Shown here piece by piece: positions 21,943-33,600 of a stretch of DNA of 49,314 nucleotides. A model generated the notes under the pieces. It was not told the origin of the DNA and ran no database searches. It saw nothing but the letters and a program-made list of their open reading frames with translations. Position 1 is the stretch's first letter, and each line of letters opens with the position of its first letter. Made by a program: the position numbers and the translations under genes. Source of the DNA: Nemertoderma westbladi. Lineage: Eukaryota > Animalia > Xenacoelomorpha. Location: the NCBI GenBank assembly GCA_032718475.1, contig JAUCBJ010006572.1:1-49314 (forward strand), read 5' to 3'.

Positions 21943-22250
21943 TATTGTGCCAATTGCCAATAGTTTGGAGGTAATCGAGGGTCACCATGAACATATATTA
22001 TCATTCCTCGAACATAGACTTTTAAAACACACTTAATTATGAAGTTCGTACGTAGAATAAATAACTAAAAAACGTTCCTTTATAGATAATAACATTAACT
22101 AACAACGGAAATAATAAATTATCTTACTGTTCATTATTGCAGTATAAGGTTGACAAAATGTTATGTTAAATAACGATATACAATAATCTGGAATATCCAT
22201 AATAAAATTACAAACATACTCCAATGCAACATAGACACTACAAGGAAGCA

Positions 22251-22895
22251 TCACAAACACTCCAATACCAGTGCCTGTTCCAAAGCACCGAGGTCGGTAT
22301 GACTGGATATTCTCCAAAATGGAATGTCCAACACCTTAGCTGCCTGTTCCTCATCCTTACCATCACCGATGCACACATAGGTGCACTTCTTCCCGTATTT
22401 CTGTTGAATCCTCTCGAAACAGTTCTCCTTGCCAACCTTAGTCGCAGAATAGATCGCATCCACGGGGAAGATGCCCCCCAACCCGTAGAGCAGACACTTT
22501 GCGAACGCGGGGACCAGTTGGGTAGTCGTGGTGAGAATGTTGGCGCACTGCGACCTGCTGTTGATTAGCGACAGCGGTTTGAGTGCGAGTGTGAGCCAGG
22601 AGTCTGTGGCCGTCTCGATGTCCTGCCGCAGTTGCAACCAGGTCTCGCGTTTATGAGTGGAGGCGCCTAGAAGGCCGCCAACGTTGTTAGCGTAGCTTGT
22701 GTAGATGTCCTTGATGCGGCGGTAGCGGTAGGCGAGTTTGCGCATCCAGTCGACGCCACCCCGGACGCCGCCTGAGGGGGCGGCGGAGATGGAGATGCCA
22801 CCGGCGGTTGTGGCGGCGTGGAAACCGTCGGTGGTGAAGTCGTAATCGCTGAGATCCGCTCCGTTGTCGTCCGCAGAAATGTCGTCTATGTGAAC
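22251..22895 (-). CDS. eya: Eyes absent, last coding exon (EYA/HAD phosphatase domain)
   Basis: Acceptor tttag| then [12 protein letters not shown]...[21 protein letters not shown]...TTTQLVPA...[15 protein letters not shown]...IGDGKDEE; TGA stop. Confidence 0.97.
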   Translation of the reverse strand, partial: VHIDDISADDNGADLSDYDFTTDGFHAATTAGGISISAAPSGGVRGGVDWMRKLAYRYRRIKDIYTSYANNVGGLLGASTHKRETWLQLRQDIETATDSWLTLALKPLSLINSRSQCANILTTTTQLVPAFAKCLLYGLGGIFPVDAIYSATKVGKENCFERIQQKYGKKCTYVCIGDGKDEEQAAKVLDIPFWRISSHTDLGALEQALVLECL

Positions 22896-22965
22896 CTAAA
22901 TAAGTAAAAAAATATATGTAATGTTACAAAATTTACTTCAACTATTTTAACTTTTAAACATAAAA

Positions 22966-23075
22966 AAGTTGGTTGAGCGCCGGTCCCGCAATCTATTGGC
23001 TGCAGGTTCGAACCCCACCAGGATCCACTCAGCTTTTCATCCACTGAGATCGATAAAATGAGGACCAGTTGAATT
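22966..23075 (+). mobile_element. tRNA-headed SINE with Nin/Deu-like central domain, in the eya intron
   Basis: B box GGTTCGAACCC followed by ACTCAGCTTTTCATCCACTGAGATCGATAAAATGAGGACCAG. Confidence 0.65.
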
Positions 23076-23093
23076 AATGGGAGCAAAACTTGG

Positions 23094-23849
23094 GATAGGA
23101 GTAGCGCCCACCCCTACCTTCGGGTAGCAGATAGGAGTAGTGCCCACCCCTACACTCGGGTAGCAGATAGGAGTAGCGCCCACCCCTACCTTCGGGTAGC
23201 AGATAGGAGCAGCGCCCACCCCTACACTCGGGTAGCAGATAGGAGTAGCGCCCACCCCTACCTTCGGGTAGCAGATAGGAGCAGCGCCCACCCCTACACT
23301 CGGGTAGCAGATAGGAGTAGCGCCCACCCCTACCTTCGGGTAGCAGATAGGAGTAGCGCCCACCCCTACACTCGGGTAGCAGATAGGAGTAGCGCCCACC
23401 CCTACCTTCGGGTAGCAGATAGGAGTAGCGCCCACCCCTACCTTCGGGTAGCAGATAGGAGTAGCGCCCACCCCTACCTTCGGGTAGCAGATAGGAGCAG
23501 CGCCCACCCCTACACTCGGGTAGCAGATAGGAGTAGCGCCCACCCCTACCTTCGGGTAGCAGATAGGAGCAGCGCCCACCCCTACACTCGGGTAGCAGAT
23601 AGGAGTAGCGCCCACCCCTACACTCGGGTAGCAGATAGGAGTAGCGCCCACCCCTACCTTCGGGTAGCAGATAGGAGTAGCGCCCACCCCTACCTTCGGG
23701 TAGCAGATAGGAGTAGCGCCCACCCCTACCTTCGGGTAGCAGATAGGATTAGCGCACACCCCTGCATTCGGGTAGCAGATAGGAACAGCGCCCACCCCTA
23801 CCTTCGGGTAGCAGATAGGAGCAGCGCCCACCCCTACCTTCGGGTAGCA
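23094..23849. repeat. 36-bp minisatellite, ~21 copies, in the eya intron
   Basis: Unit GATAGGAGTAGCGCCCACCCCTACCTTCGGGTAGCA with CCTT/CACT and GTAG/GCAG variants. Confidence 0.97.
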
Positions 23850-24307
23850 ATGAAACTGTAACTTGTGCTATTGACTTTCGTTTATTGTTTTGATTTTTCC
23901 CTAACTTATAATTTGACATTGAGACGATAATTAATTCGCCGATATTTCGTATTTTAAATCAATTTAAATTTCGTTTCGTATTTTTTGGTCCAAAAACCAA
24001 TACAATCCCGTCAAATATTATAAATATTGCAACGCAACACATTATTATAAAAAACAGGTTAGTACCGGTACAGAAGAAAAATGGCATACTTTGGCCAAGT
24101 AGGTACAAACATTTAATGCAATGGAAGTTGGTTTTTTAGTGAAAGAAATTTAAATTGAATTTCAAGTCGAGTGGGATAGAAAGTTGAGTCTACTTGCTGA
24201 CTTGGCATTCATTACTAAGGTATGACGGTATGAACGAATACCTGGTATATATTTATATTTAAACTAGCGAAGATAAAGTAGATCAAAAGGAAGGAGCGTA
24301 ACCTAAC

Positions 24308-25045
24308 CTGGTCACATTCCTCCAACTCATTGAAGAAGAAATGGGTGTCTGCGAGGTTAAATATAAGTTCCTCCATGCGGAGTCCAAGGTTAACAGTCTG
24401 TGAGGGATCTTTGCCAAACCTCTGGGCAAAGGAACCGGTAAGCAGAGAGTTAAATATGATAATCGTCTCGTCCAGATCCCAGATAAAGACCCGATCCAAG
24501 GAGTGAGGTCTCTCTGGGCTGGCGTTGCTACGACGTCCACGGCGCATTGGTTCCCGTGGTGACGTGATACTGGGGGGCGACGAGTGCGGGGGTTTACTGC
24601 ATTCGGTGCGGGGTAACGGGTTCAAATGGTACGTTGTACTAGGGGGAGCTATCCGGGCAGTTGGGGGGGAAATCGGGGGGAAATTCGAAGGTTCTCCACC
24701 TCCCCCGTATATACTGTAAGTCTGTTGGTAGCTGGGGTACTGGGTCGAGTAAGCGGGTATGCCTCTTGGACCGGTAGTAGGGCAGTAGGGGGCGTTCAGA
24801 GAGGAAGGGGCGGTGTAACTCTGGGGGTAGCAGGGTGGAGGGCCGTAGGAGTAGCCGGAATGGTAGCCATACCCGTGGTAGAAACCGCCAGGTGTGGGCG
24901 GGGAGGGCACCCGGAAGTGTGCCCCACCCCCGTAGGTTGCGCCCGTGAAGTCAGTAACGCTGGAGACGCTCCCGCAGGTCGGGGTTAGACTCATGTACAG
25001 GGGTTCAATAGGTCTGTGAATGCTGTCGTCGTATGGTGAAGCCAT
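24308..25045 (-). CDS. eya: Eyes absent, upstream coding exon (P/S/T/Y-rich region and start of EYA domain); start codon uncertain
   Basis: RRGRR linker, [14 protein letters not shown] catalytic motif, [18 protein letters not shown], then donor |gttag in phase 0 with the next exon. Confidence 0.93.
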
Positions 25046-25722
25046 TGCATCGCACTGTCTGACTGTCACAGATGATATACCGGTAAATATATATATATTA
25101 TTGATAATAATAATGATATATGATATAAAAATGGTGCAGGTTTATTAAATAGGCTAATAATAGAATAGCCTAAAGAGTTCAATATACAGATATAGGCTAA
25201 GATCAGAAGATATACCAACAAATCAATGTTTATATGTTTGTCTATTTGTTGGGCACAGCGGCACAACTTTAGTCAGAGCTTAGCGAAGTACAAAAAAAAT
25301 ATAATAGGCCTATCTGCCTATTGTAAATGTAATAGGCCTACCAAATCCGAAATACCGGTACTGCAACATGATAATTAGGCCTGACTTAGGCCTATAAATA
25401 ATCTATGTACTAATGTATGTCTTCCTGTCTTCAGCTCTCAGCAGTTCAAGGCACACGTGCTTGCGCACAGAAGTTCCTTTAGCTAAACTTACCTGTAACC
25501 AATATTAGGTTTATATTAAAATGTGTTACAACGATTAATACGTCCGAAAACATACTTTATTTTAAAATTTTCATATCTTGGAAGAAAATCTAGCTCCACA
25601 AACTGACAAACATTTCATGAAAAGAACAGAAGAATGCAATTTTCACACCAAATTAGGAAAATTGAAAAAATTGGATAAATCAGTCAATATAATAATAAGT
25701 AATAAAATTATCAAATTTGCTT

Positions 25723-26100
25723 ACTAATATAATTTGTGCAGTTTCTATCACTTATAATGTATATGTACAATCTTTTCGTAATGTTGACATTTTGGAATAA
25801 AACTACATAGATACTTGTTGCAAAGTACTTTACACAGTGTTCTGATCCTCGTGGCTTTATTTTCACTCACTCACTAACGTTCGTTCGTGTAACAAAGCGA
25901 CTCGGATTATCACACTGTAAAGTGCTACTTTACACACAACACAAGTATGTAAATAGTTATTATGTCATTTTTACATTTATTTATACAGCAACTAATATAA
26001 TTTGTGCAGTTTCTTTTCAATTATAATGTATATGTACAATCATTTCGTAATGTTGACATTTTGGAATAAAACTACATAGATACTTGTTGCAAAGTACTTT
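25723..26100. repeat. ~268-bp tandem repeat, left part (split by the BEL insertion)
   Basis: ACTAATATAATTTGTGCAGTTTC at 25723 and 25991; the unit resumes at 42067. Confidence 0.92.
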
Positions 26101-27280
26101 TGTTCGCGCTTTTAGACCTTTAGCAGTTTAACCCGCCAATTTTAGGTGTCTTCTAGTTTATAAATCGACTTTAGCCTATAACAAGTATTTGTTGCATATA
26201 AAGTTACATTAGCCGAAGCCAGCCTATGCGCGACCATTCACCCACAGTTAAGGGAGACTGGATTCGGAGGCTTTGACCTTATTGCGGTGTAGACTTACTG
26301 TATTATTCGATTGCTCGTTACTATAATATCTCTGACAAATATTATTTACTTTCGGGAAATATTAACAGTTCCTTTAGGACGTGGCGCTCTAAATATGTAA
26401 ACAGAGTTATGACTTACACTAAACACAACGGGATGGCTAATGATTTTCGTATAAAGCGCATTCTTTAGGAAATGCTTTGTTATCGGTCACACTCCTGCAC
26501 ACTACCGCACACTGCTGCACACTGATCTGCCGACCTTCACTAAACTTGATCATATATAAGGAGAATAGCAACTGACACATGTAGGGATTATGAAATAGCA
26601 TTCAATTCACCCCAAAACCACTATAATGTAAGTCGCAGTTGCTACAGGTAACTGGTCCCTCTTACCTTCAGTATATCAAGAAGATTGGGGTTTTATGATT
26701 ATTTATCGATGTTCTCCAAATATAACAACATATCCACCAACATATCCACAATTAATAACCGACAGTAAACAGATATGTATGGTTCGTGTGTACTGTGTAC
26801 TGAGTCTGCGTAAATTGTGTGGTTTGATAACAGTTATACGTTCCTATAATCAAAGCCGTCGAATGTTTGGCTAAAGTCTGAAACTCAGAATAATTCCAAA
26901 GCCGATGTTCTGGGGCTCAGGAAAAGGTAAACAAAGACCGTCATGCATTGCGCGATTTCCCGTAGGCTTCTGTGCAAATAAAATGAAAATCGCTCTGATT
27001 GGTCGAGTGAGCTGAACAAAGAGAGTTAAGAAAGCTCCACATCGACATCAAAATCAGCTGATAGATTTCGTCATCTGAACCACACTGTATTAAGAGTATT
27101 TTGGCGTATTGCGGCATAAAATGGCTTGTTATGTCCGCTAAAGTACACATACAGAAAAATGGCTTTTTATGTCCTCTAAAACACCTACACAGTAAGAAAA
27201 ATGGCTTTTTATGTCCGCTAAAACACCTACACAGTACTTTGCGGGGAAAATGACTAGTTATATCCACAAAAGCCTTTACA
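26101..27280 (-). repeat. 3' LTR of copy 2 (1180 bp)
   Basis: Near-identical to 40889-42066 (roughly a dozen differences by eye); preceded on the - strand by GGGAGCAG. Confidence 0.97.
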
Positions 27281-27358
27281 CTGCTCCCAGAAAATGGGAT
27301 TTAATTCTATAAAATATAAAAAATCACAGTTTCTAAATATAAAAAATACTCTAAACAG

Positions 27359-28913
27359 TTAGTCTTTCTTGCGAGGACGGCGTTTACGCAGTTTTTTGAG
27401 GCTAGCAAGAGTCCTTTTCTCTTTGGGGCGAGCCACTTTACTCGGAGGGCTATAACTCCTGGGTGAAGGGTGCAATACAATTGCATCAGAAGGTTTAGGG
27501 TTACGGTCGGTGTATCCGCCGGTCGAGGTACCCGGTTGATCGGTATCAACCTCAGTGGAACGAGGTCGAACAACCTTGAGAGCGCGTTTTAAGACAGCAG
27601 CTCTTACTGGTCCCTGACGGGTCGTTTGCACGAAAGCGGTAGGTGGACCGTGTGTAGTGAGAAATTTCCTCGGTTTGATGATTCTTTCCAACTCGCGTTT
27701 TCGGGCTCTATCGGAATCGATATGCTTCCTCTCGAGCTGATTTTCCTCAGCTTATCGTTGGAAGCATTCGTCCAAAACTCTTGCAGAGAGTAGGGTCGTC
27801 CAAGTTCGATATCTTCTTAGAGATTCTGGATTTCCCGATCGAACTGAGATAAAGCTAATTCGTTGACCGCTTGGACTTGCGGCTGCAATTTACATTTCTC
27901 CAAACAATCGTAGGTTCCTTTTCCGATCCTTTGTCGAATAGTGTCTAACGCGTTTTGTTCAACTCTCTCCTCCACCTCGGTGACAGGTTGTATCGGGGTT
28001 AGATCGGGACGATTATACGGGTTGAACGGCGATATTAGGTGTCCACGTCCCAATCCGGCTAGGTAAGATGGGCAAATATCTAGGGAGCCCACAACCGGAG
28101 TGCCACCGACTAATTGTTCGGGTAATAGTAGATCTTTGAACAGTGAGTACAGTTCGGCAGGATCTGTGATACTATTAGGATCAAGAGTCTGAGGTCTCAC
28201 TAGGGAGTGAGGAGGTCTGACCGAGTATTCCAGAACTCTGATCATAGGTTTATTTAAGGATCATTTGAGTCGAGCGAGCGTAGGTGATACATCGAACAAG
28301 TTTCGCTCGAAACTCCCGTAAATATAGCGAGTAAAACTGTGCTTAGAGCAACATCTCCGCGGATGTTTATGTCTTTCCGTTTGTTGGTTGGGTCTTGGGC
28401 ATTCATCGCAATAATACCAAAGACGCACGTCTTGTAGGGGAAACGCGGGTGATCTTTCTACAGTTTTACAATGTTTCTCTCAAGAATTCCAAATATTATG
28501 TTGGAGTCACCGCGTTTATCCGGTTCTTTAAAGTCTTCTCTTTCGAGTCGATTTCGAATATAATTTTCGCATTCGATTCTCAGTTTATCGTTCTGACTCC
28601 GCTGGGTATGATATTTAAATAGGACTATTTCCCTTTCGGTGTCGACATCGTCCGTATCGTGTAAATCGATAGGATGACCAGTAGTTAAGAAGTCCATATG
28701 CGTACCATTACGATTCGTATAGCGAGCAGTGAATTTTCGATAGTCCAATTCACGAGTGAGTTGCTCCTTGGACATTGGCAGTTCGATATAACGACCATCG
28801 TCCTCCGTAGCAGTTGGACTAGCGTCGCCGCGTATTAAGCTATCAACAAACGCTTGCAACGGTAGAGTATATCGCTCCCTGATACCAAGATCATCTTCTA
28901 TCAACTCAGTCAT
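27359..28913 (-). pseudogene. Extra ORF of BEL copy 2 (fragmented; zinc-knuckle segment absent)
   Basis: MTELIEDD N-terminus and ...KKLRKRRPRKKD C-terminus match copy 1. The middle (~28540-27710) is absent from copy 1 and is broken by stops and frameshifts. Confidence 0.8.
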
Positions 28914-30634
28914 AGCTGCTATATGAGTTTATCAATATTATAATTAGTTATAATTAGGCTAGCGGGCGTCGCTGCCTACCCCTCACGTCCCCCGGACAGC
29001 GCAAGATCCTCAGCGCTGATGTACTGTCGCCGCTGTGCCTATCGCCAACATAGTAGCTGCACAACGACAACAACAACCAGCGCGAGTCACTCCACTGTCC
29101 GTCCCAAGGGCTTAGATTTACTTCAGGTTCTTACTGCAGAGGTAGAGCTACTTTCACAACTGCGACTCGCTACTGTAAACACACTTTAGTAGTAACATTC
29201 ACCTATAAACGCACAAATTCCACACAACTGTCACAAACCGCACACATTCGGGCCATTTGTCCGTTAGTCAAGTGCCTTCCAGAATGCCACGTGATTATTA
29301 TGTATCCTTGGATACTAGCAGTGTGCTATTTATTCCTTATGCTATTCAATGGGGCAAGCTTTATTGTTCTTTTAACTCACTTCTAATTCTAGCGTGGTTG
29401 TTGCCATGGTGACATTATGGAAAGCTAGCAGTAGAATTAGGGTAATTCTCATGCATACAGATCTGGGATGCTATTTAATAGTAATTCTTTAATTGTCAAT
29501 ATTCCTCTTTATACATGATTTTATGAATTTTATCGGCTATTGACTATATATTGGAGATTCTCGCACACTAATACACTTAATAGGGTGAATCTCTGCTCCT
29601 ATGATCTATTAATTAATGGAATTTTGGGAATGTTATAAATTGTATAAAAATGACAATTTATCAAATTCATTAAAAAAGATGAATTTAAATTTATTCCCGT
29701 AAATTTTATTATTTATCATTAAAACAGACATAATTTTATTCCAGAGCATGTCTGGGGACTAGGATCCTTAATTCTAGGAAATTTGTCCTTTTAAGAGTAT
29801 CGGTAAGTGCTACGATATCTTAATCGACTAGAATTTTAAAGGATCTAAAATTTAACAGATTTTAATTTATAGATTTTCTAGAGTTAACTTTTAAGTATTT
29901 ACTCTATTGTATTTGTTTGACAGATTTTATAAATATTAATAGTTAATATTTAAGATGGGCACCGGTTTATTCCAGAACATGTCTGGGGACGTTAACCATT
30001 GATTCTAGAATTTTGTCTTTCAAGTATATCGGTGGGTGCCGCAATATCTTAATCGACTAGAATTACAGATGGTCAAAGGGTTTAACAGATTGATTTGCGT
30101 TTTACGCTACTATTAAAGGGACATCACGCTACTATATGTATTATTTAATATACGGTAGGAGAGCAATATTGCAAGAAGCAATGTCAGTGAGAAGAGGCAA
30201 GTCGTTTCCAAGGTCTACCCAGAGCTTGGTTTAGCCGAGACACGAGGATCTGAACTTTGCATTCCTAATACTCTACTTACCAATAATACTTGAGTATAGT
30301 AGGAGCTTTATTGTACTTTAATAAGTACGGATATTTCATCTTACTGTAGTCACGTATTTATATTATGATACGGACAGTAAGGAAAGAGAAAAAGAATTAT
30401 TTCTCGCCGTCGCACTAAATATATATAATATAAGTAATTAAGTAATAAAGACTAATATATATTGCACTAATCTACTAAATAATCGCTAAAATAACATTCT
30501 ACTAAATAAAATTAAAGAAAACGATTATAATAAAATTACATAATAATACATACATAAATATAAAATAATAAAAACAAATATAAAATAATATAAACTAAAT
30601 ATATAAACTAAAATAACACCCACTCCAGACGCTG

Positions 30635-33600
30635 TTACGTTGGGGAGTCCCTAGATGTTTGTTGGATTAGGGAGGTGGTCGTGGGAAGAGTATCTTGCCT
30701 TCCATAGTTTCCGGACAGTTCTCGGTCTCTTTCCAGTAAACATAAACAACCAACTGGGCGATTGAGTTGTTGTGTTTCGAACACAATTCCAGGTTTCTTA
30801 AAGTTACGTCGCATGATGACGAGTTCTACCGATCGCACCAAACCATCATCTGAGATATGAGTCTCGATGATACGACCTGTCTGCCACCGCTTACGTGGAA
30901 GATCTGATTCCACAATAAGGACCATGTCTCCGGCGCTGACGTTTTCTTGCTGCGCAAACCACTTAGTTCAAAGTTGTAGCGTAGGCAGATAATGTTTTTC
31001 GAAATGGTCAGCGAAACGACGGGATAACAACTGCATAAGTTGCCAAGTTTGCCGGCAGTATTCGTCTCCGTCCGTGATTTGCGATCGTGGGAGCATGGCT
31101 ACAGGTTTCTTCAGTAGGAAGTGCGCGGGTGTTAGCGCTTCCAGGGAATCAGGACTCGATGAGACTGGCATAAGCGGTCTCTCGTTGAGATAGGCGGCGA
31201 TTTCCTCCATTAACGTCCGCAAAAGTTCGTCGGTGAGATACGCGCGGCACGGCACTATAAAGTGAAATGCGGTCTTCACGCTCCTGATTAATCTCTCCCA
31301 ACTTCCTCCCCACCAAGGGGCGTCGGCGGCGTTGAAGGTCCAGCTAGACGCTGTTACCCTTAGCTGATCGTCCACCTGTCTTTGGTTCCAATCTTTGACG
31401 TAAGCCTTGATTTCATTGTTGGCACCAATGAAGTTCGTCCCCTTATCAGATCTCATCGTGTTGCTAGTTCCAAAGCGAGCGATCTGTCGGCGTAGACTCA
31501 GTATGAAGCTGTTGGTAGATAGATCGTTCACCATATCGAGATGGATAGCTCTACAAGTCATACAGACAAAGATGACACACCATCGCTTAACTATAGTCCT
31601 GGCACGATATACTTCAATAGGGCCAAATAAATCCACACCGGTATTAGTAAATGGTGGTTCATAGAAGCTTACGCGTTCCCTAGGTAATTCTGCCTCTCGC
31701 TGTGTTAAAGGCCTACTGAATGCTTTCCTACAGGGTATACAGTTCCTAAGAACTTGGTTCAGAGCTCTACGGGGTTTATGAAAATAATAGCGAGTTCGAA
31801 TTTCGCTAAGAAATCGTTCTCTACCAGCATGGTAAAGCTTACTGTGAACAATCATCTTGATTTGTATTTCAAGATTTCTAATGAGTATGGGAAACTTAGT
31901 GTCAAAGGATAATGGAGCATTAGTTAGTCTTCCTCCAACGCGTATTAACCCATCTATCATTGTGCTAGAGAAATGATCCCTTAAGCGCATCTGTGGATTT
32001 CTCAACAACAGGAAATACTTATCGGAATCCTCATAGCATTGCAGGAGTCTCAGTATCTGCTTATTGGTTTCTTCATGCTCCTGGTAACTGATCTTCTCCG
32101 TCAGAAACCTATCTGATACTTTGTATTGGGGAAGATCTTTAATAGCATGGACCTGTGCAGATGTCAGTGGAGCGGTATCACTAGCGATCTTCGTCCTGGA
32201 GTAGTGATGATGAAAACATCGCTTTAAATAAGCAACGGCCTTACAAAGCCGATTCCAGGAGCTATAGTGATGTATCGCTCTCTGCAGGAGAGGTGAGAGT
32301 CCTTGCGAGACGTCTGGTGTTCCAGATTTCCAATCTCTCTCTCTGATTTCCACAACAGACTTATTTGTGGCTGGGGATTTTGGATCCAAAGCGTCGTCTC
32401 CGGAAGTGTGTAGTACAGACAGATCTATCACGGGTTTAAATAACTTCGATTTACTCGCCCGGGTTTTAGGTTTGACTTTCTCCGCTCCCTTGGCTTGTCT
32501 AATCTCTGCCGTGGTAAGATGAGGAGGCCATTCATCCTCTTCCTTGCTTAGGAAGTCGGGTCCACCTAACCAGTCTGGAGTATCTATCAGTTCTTGTGGA
32601 GTTGCTCCCCTGGAGGCGATGTCGGCTGGATTAATCGTCCCAGGGCAATGTCTCCATTGATCTATCTTCGTGCGACTAAGTATAATGGCTACTCTGTTGG
32701 TAACGAAGACGCTGAACTGACAGACTTCATTGGTTATATACTCCAACACGAGTAAAGCATCGGTCCAATAGACAGTTTTCTCCAGTGGATAGTCGATCTG
32801 TTCTGTTACATTCTGGCCGATGGCTGTAGCGTATAGAGCCGCTTTTAACTCCGCTCGAGGAACTTTCAACTTGTTGTTTATCAAGGCCTTAGAGGTAACC
32901 AAGGCGACCTTAATTCCATCCGGAGATTCAACCCTCAGGTAGGCTACTATACCTATTCCCATGTCGCTGGCGTCTCCAAACACATGGAGTTGATAGGAAT
33001 ACGTGGGGAGAACGTGACCAAAATAAGAACGGGAAATCGTAAAATTCTCGATGGATGGTAGAGAATCTTCCCATTTCATCCACTTCTTTAATAGTTCTCC
33101 CTTAAGTGGATCGTCCCACGAGTGGTTTTCAAGCCTCATTTGTTGTACTAAACTCCGAGCAATCAATATAACTGGGCTGATAAATCCCAATGGATCGAAA
33201 TAAGTGCTCAGGATACTTAGACAAATCCGTTTAGTTCGAATTGGATTATATCGCTGTTTTAGCTGGAAAAACAGGATATCTCTCTCCGTGTCCCATTTCA
33301 AACCAATCGTCTTGGTTTCTGGAAGATCATCCTTGATAAGGTCTAGATCTTTAACTCCTCGGTCTTCTAACGGGATCGATTCCAGAAATTCACGGGAGTT
33401 ACTGGTGAATTTAGTTAATCGAAATCCACCTCTTTTCAAGCACTCTACCATTCCTTTGGCGACATCAATGGCTTCTTCCACCGATGGGAGGGACTTTAAA
33501 TTGTCGTCCATGTATATATCCCATTTGATGTTGTCGATCACCTCTTTGGAGAAGGCGTCCCGGTTGTCATCAGCAGTGGTGCGCACTACTGAGCAGGCGT

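Noticed and set aside
23037-23831. 264-aa ORF of GATPICYPKVGV repeats
   Set aside because: By-product of a stop-free 36-bp minisatellite inside the eya intron; no ATG start.
23094-23849. CRISPR-like array (36-bp hairpin repeats)
   Set aside because: Units are head-to-tail with no unique spacers, there are no cas genes, and the context is eukaryotic.
26941-27267. 108-aa ORF in the LTR (counterparts 41728-42110)
   Set aside because: Arises from U3 tandem repeats, is frameshifted in the other LTR and is absent from the copy 1 LTR.
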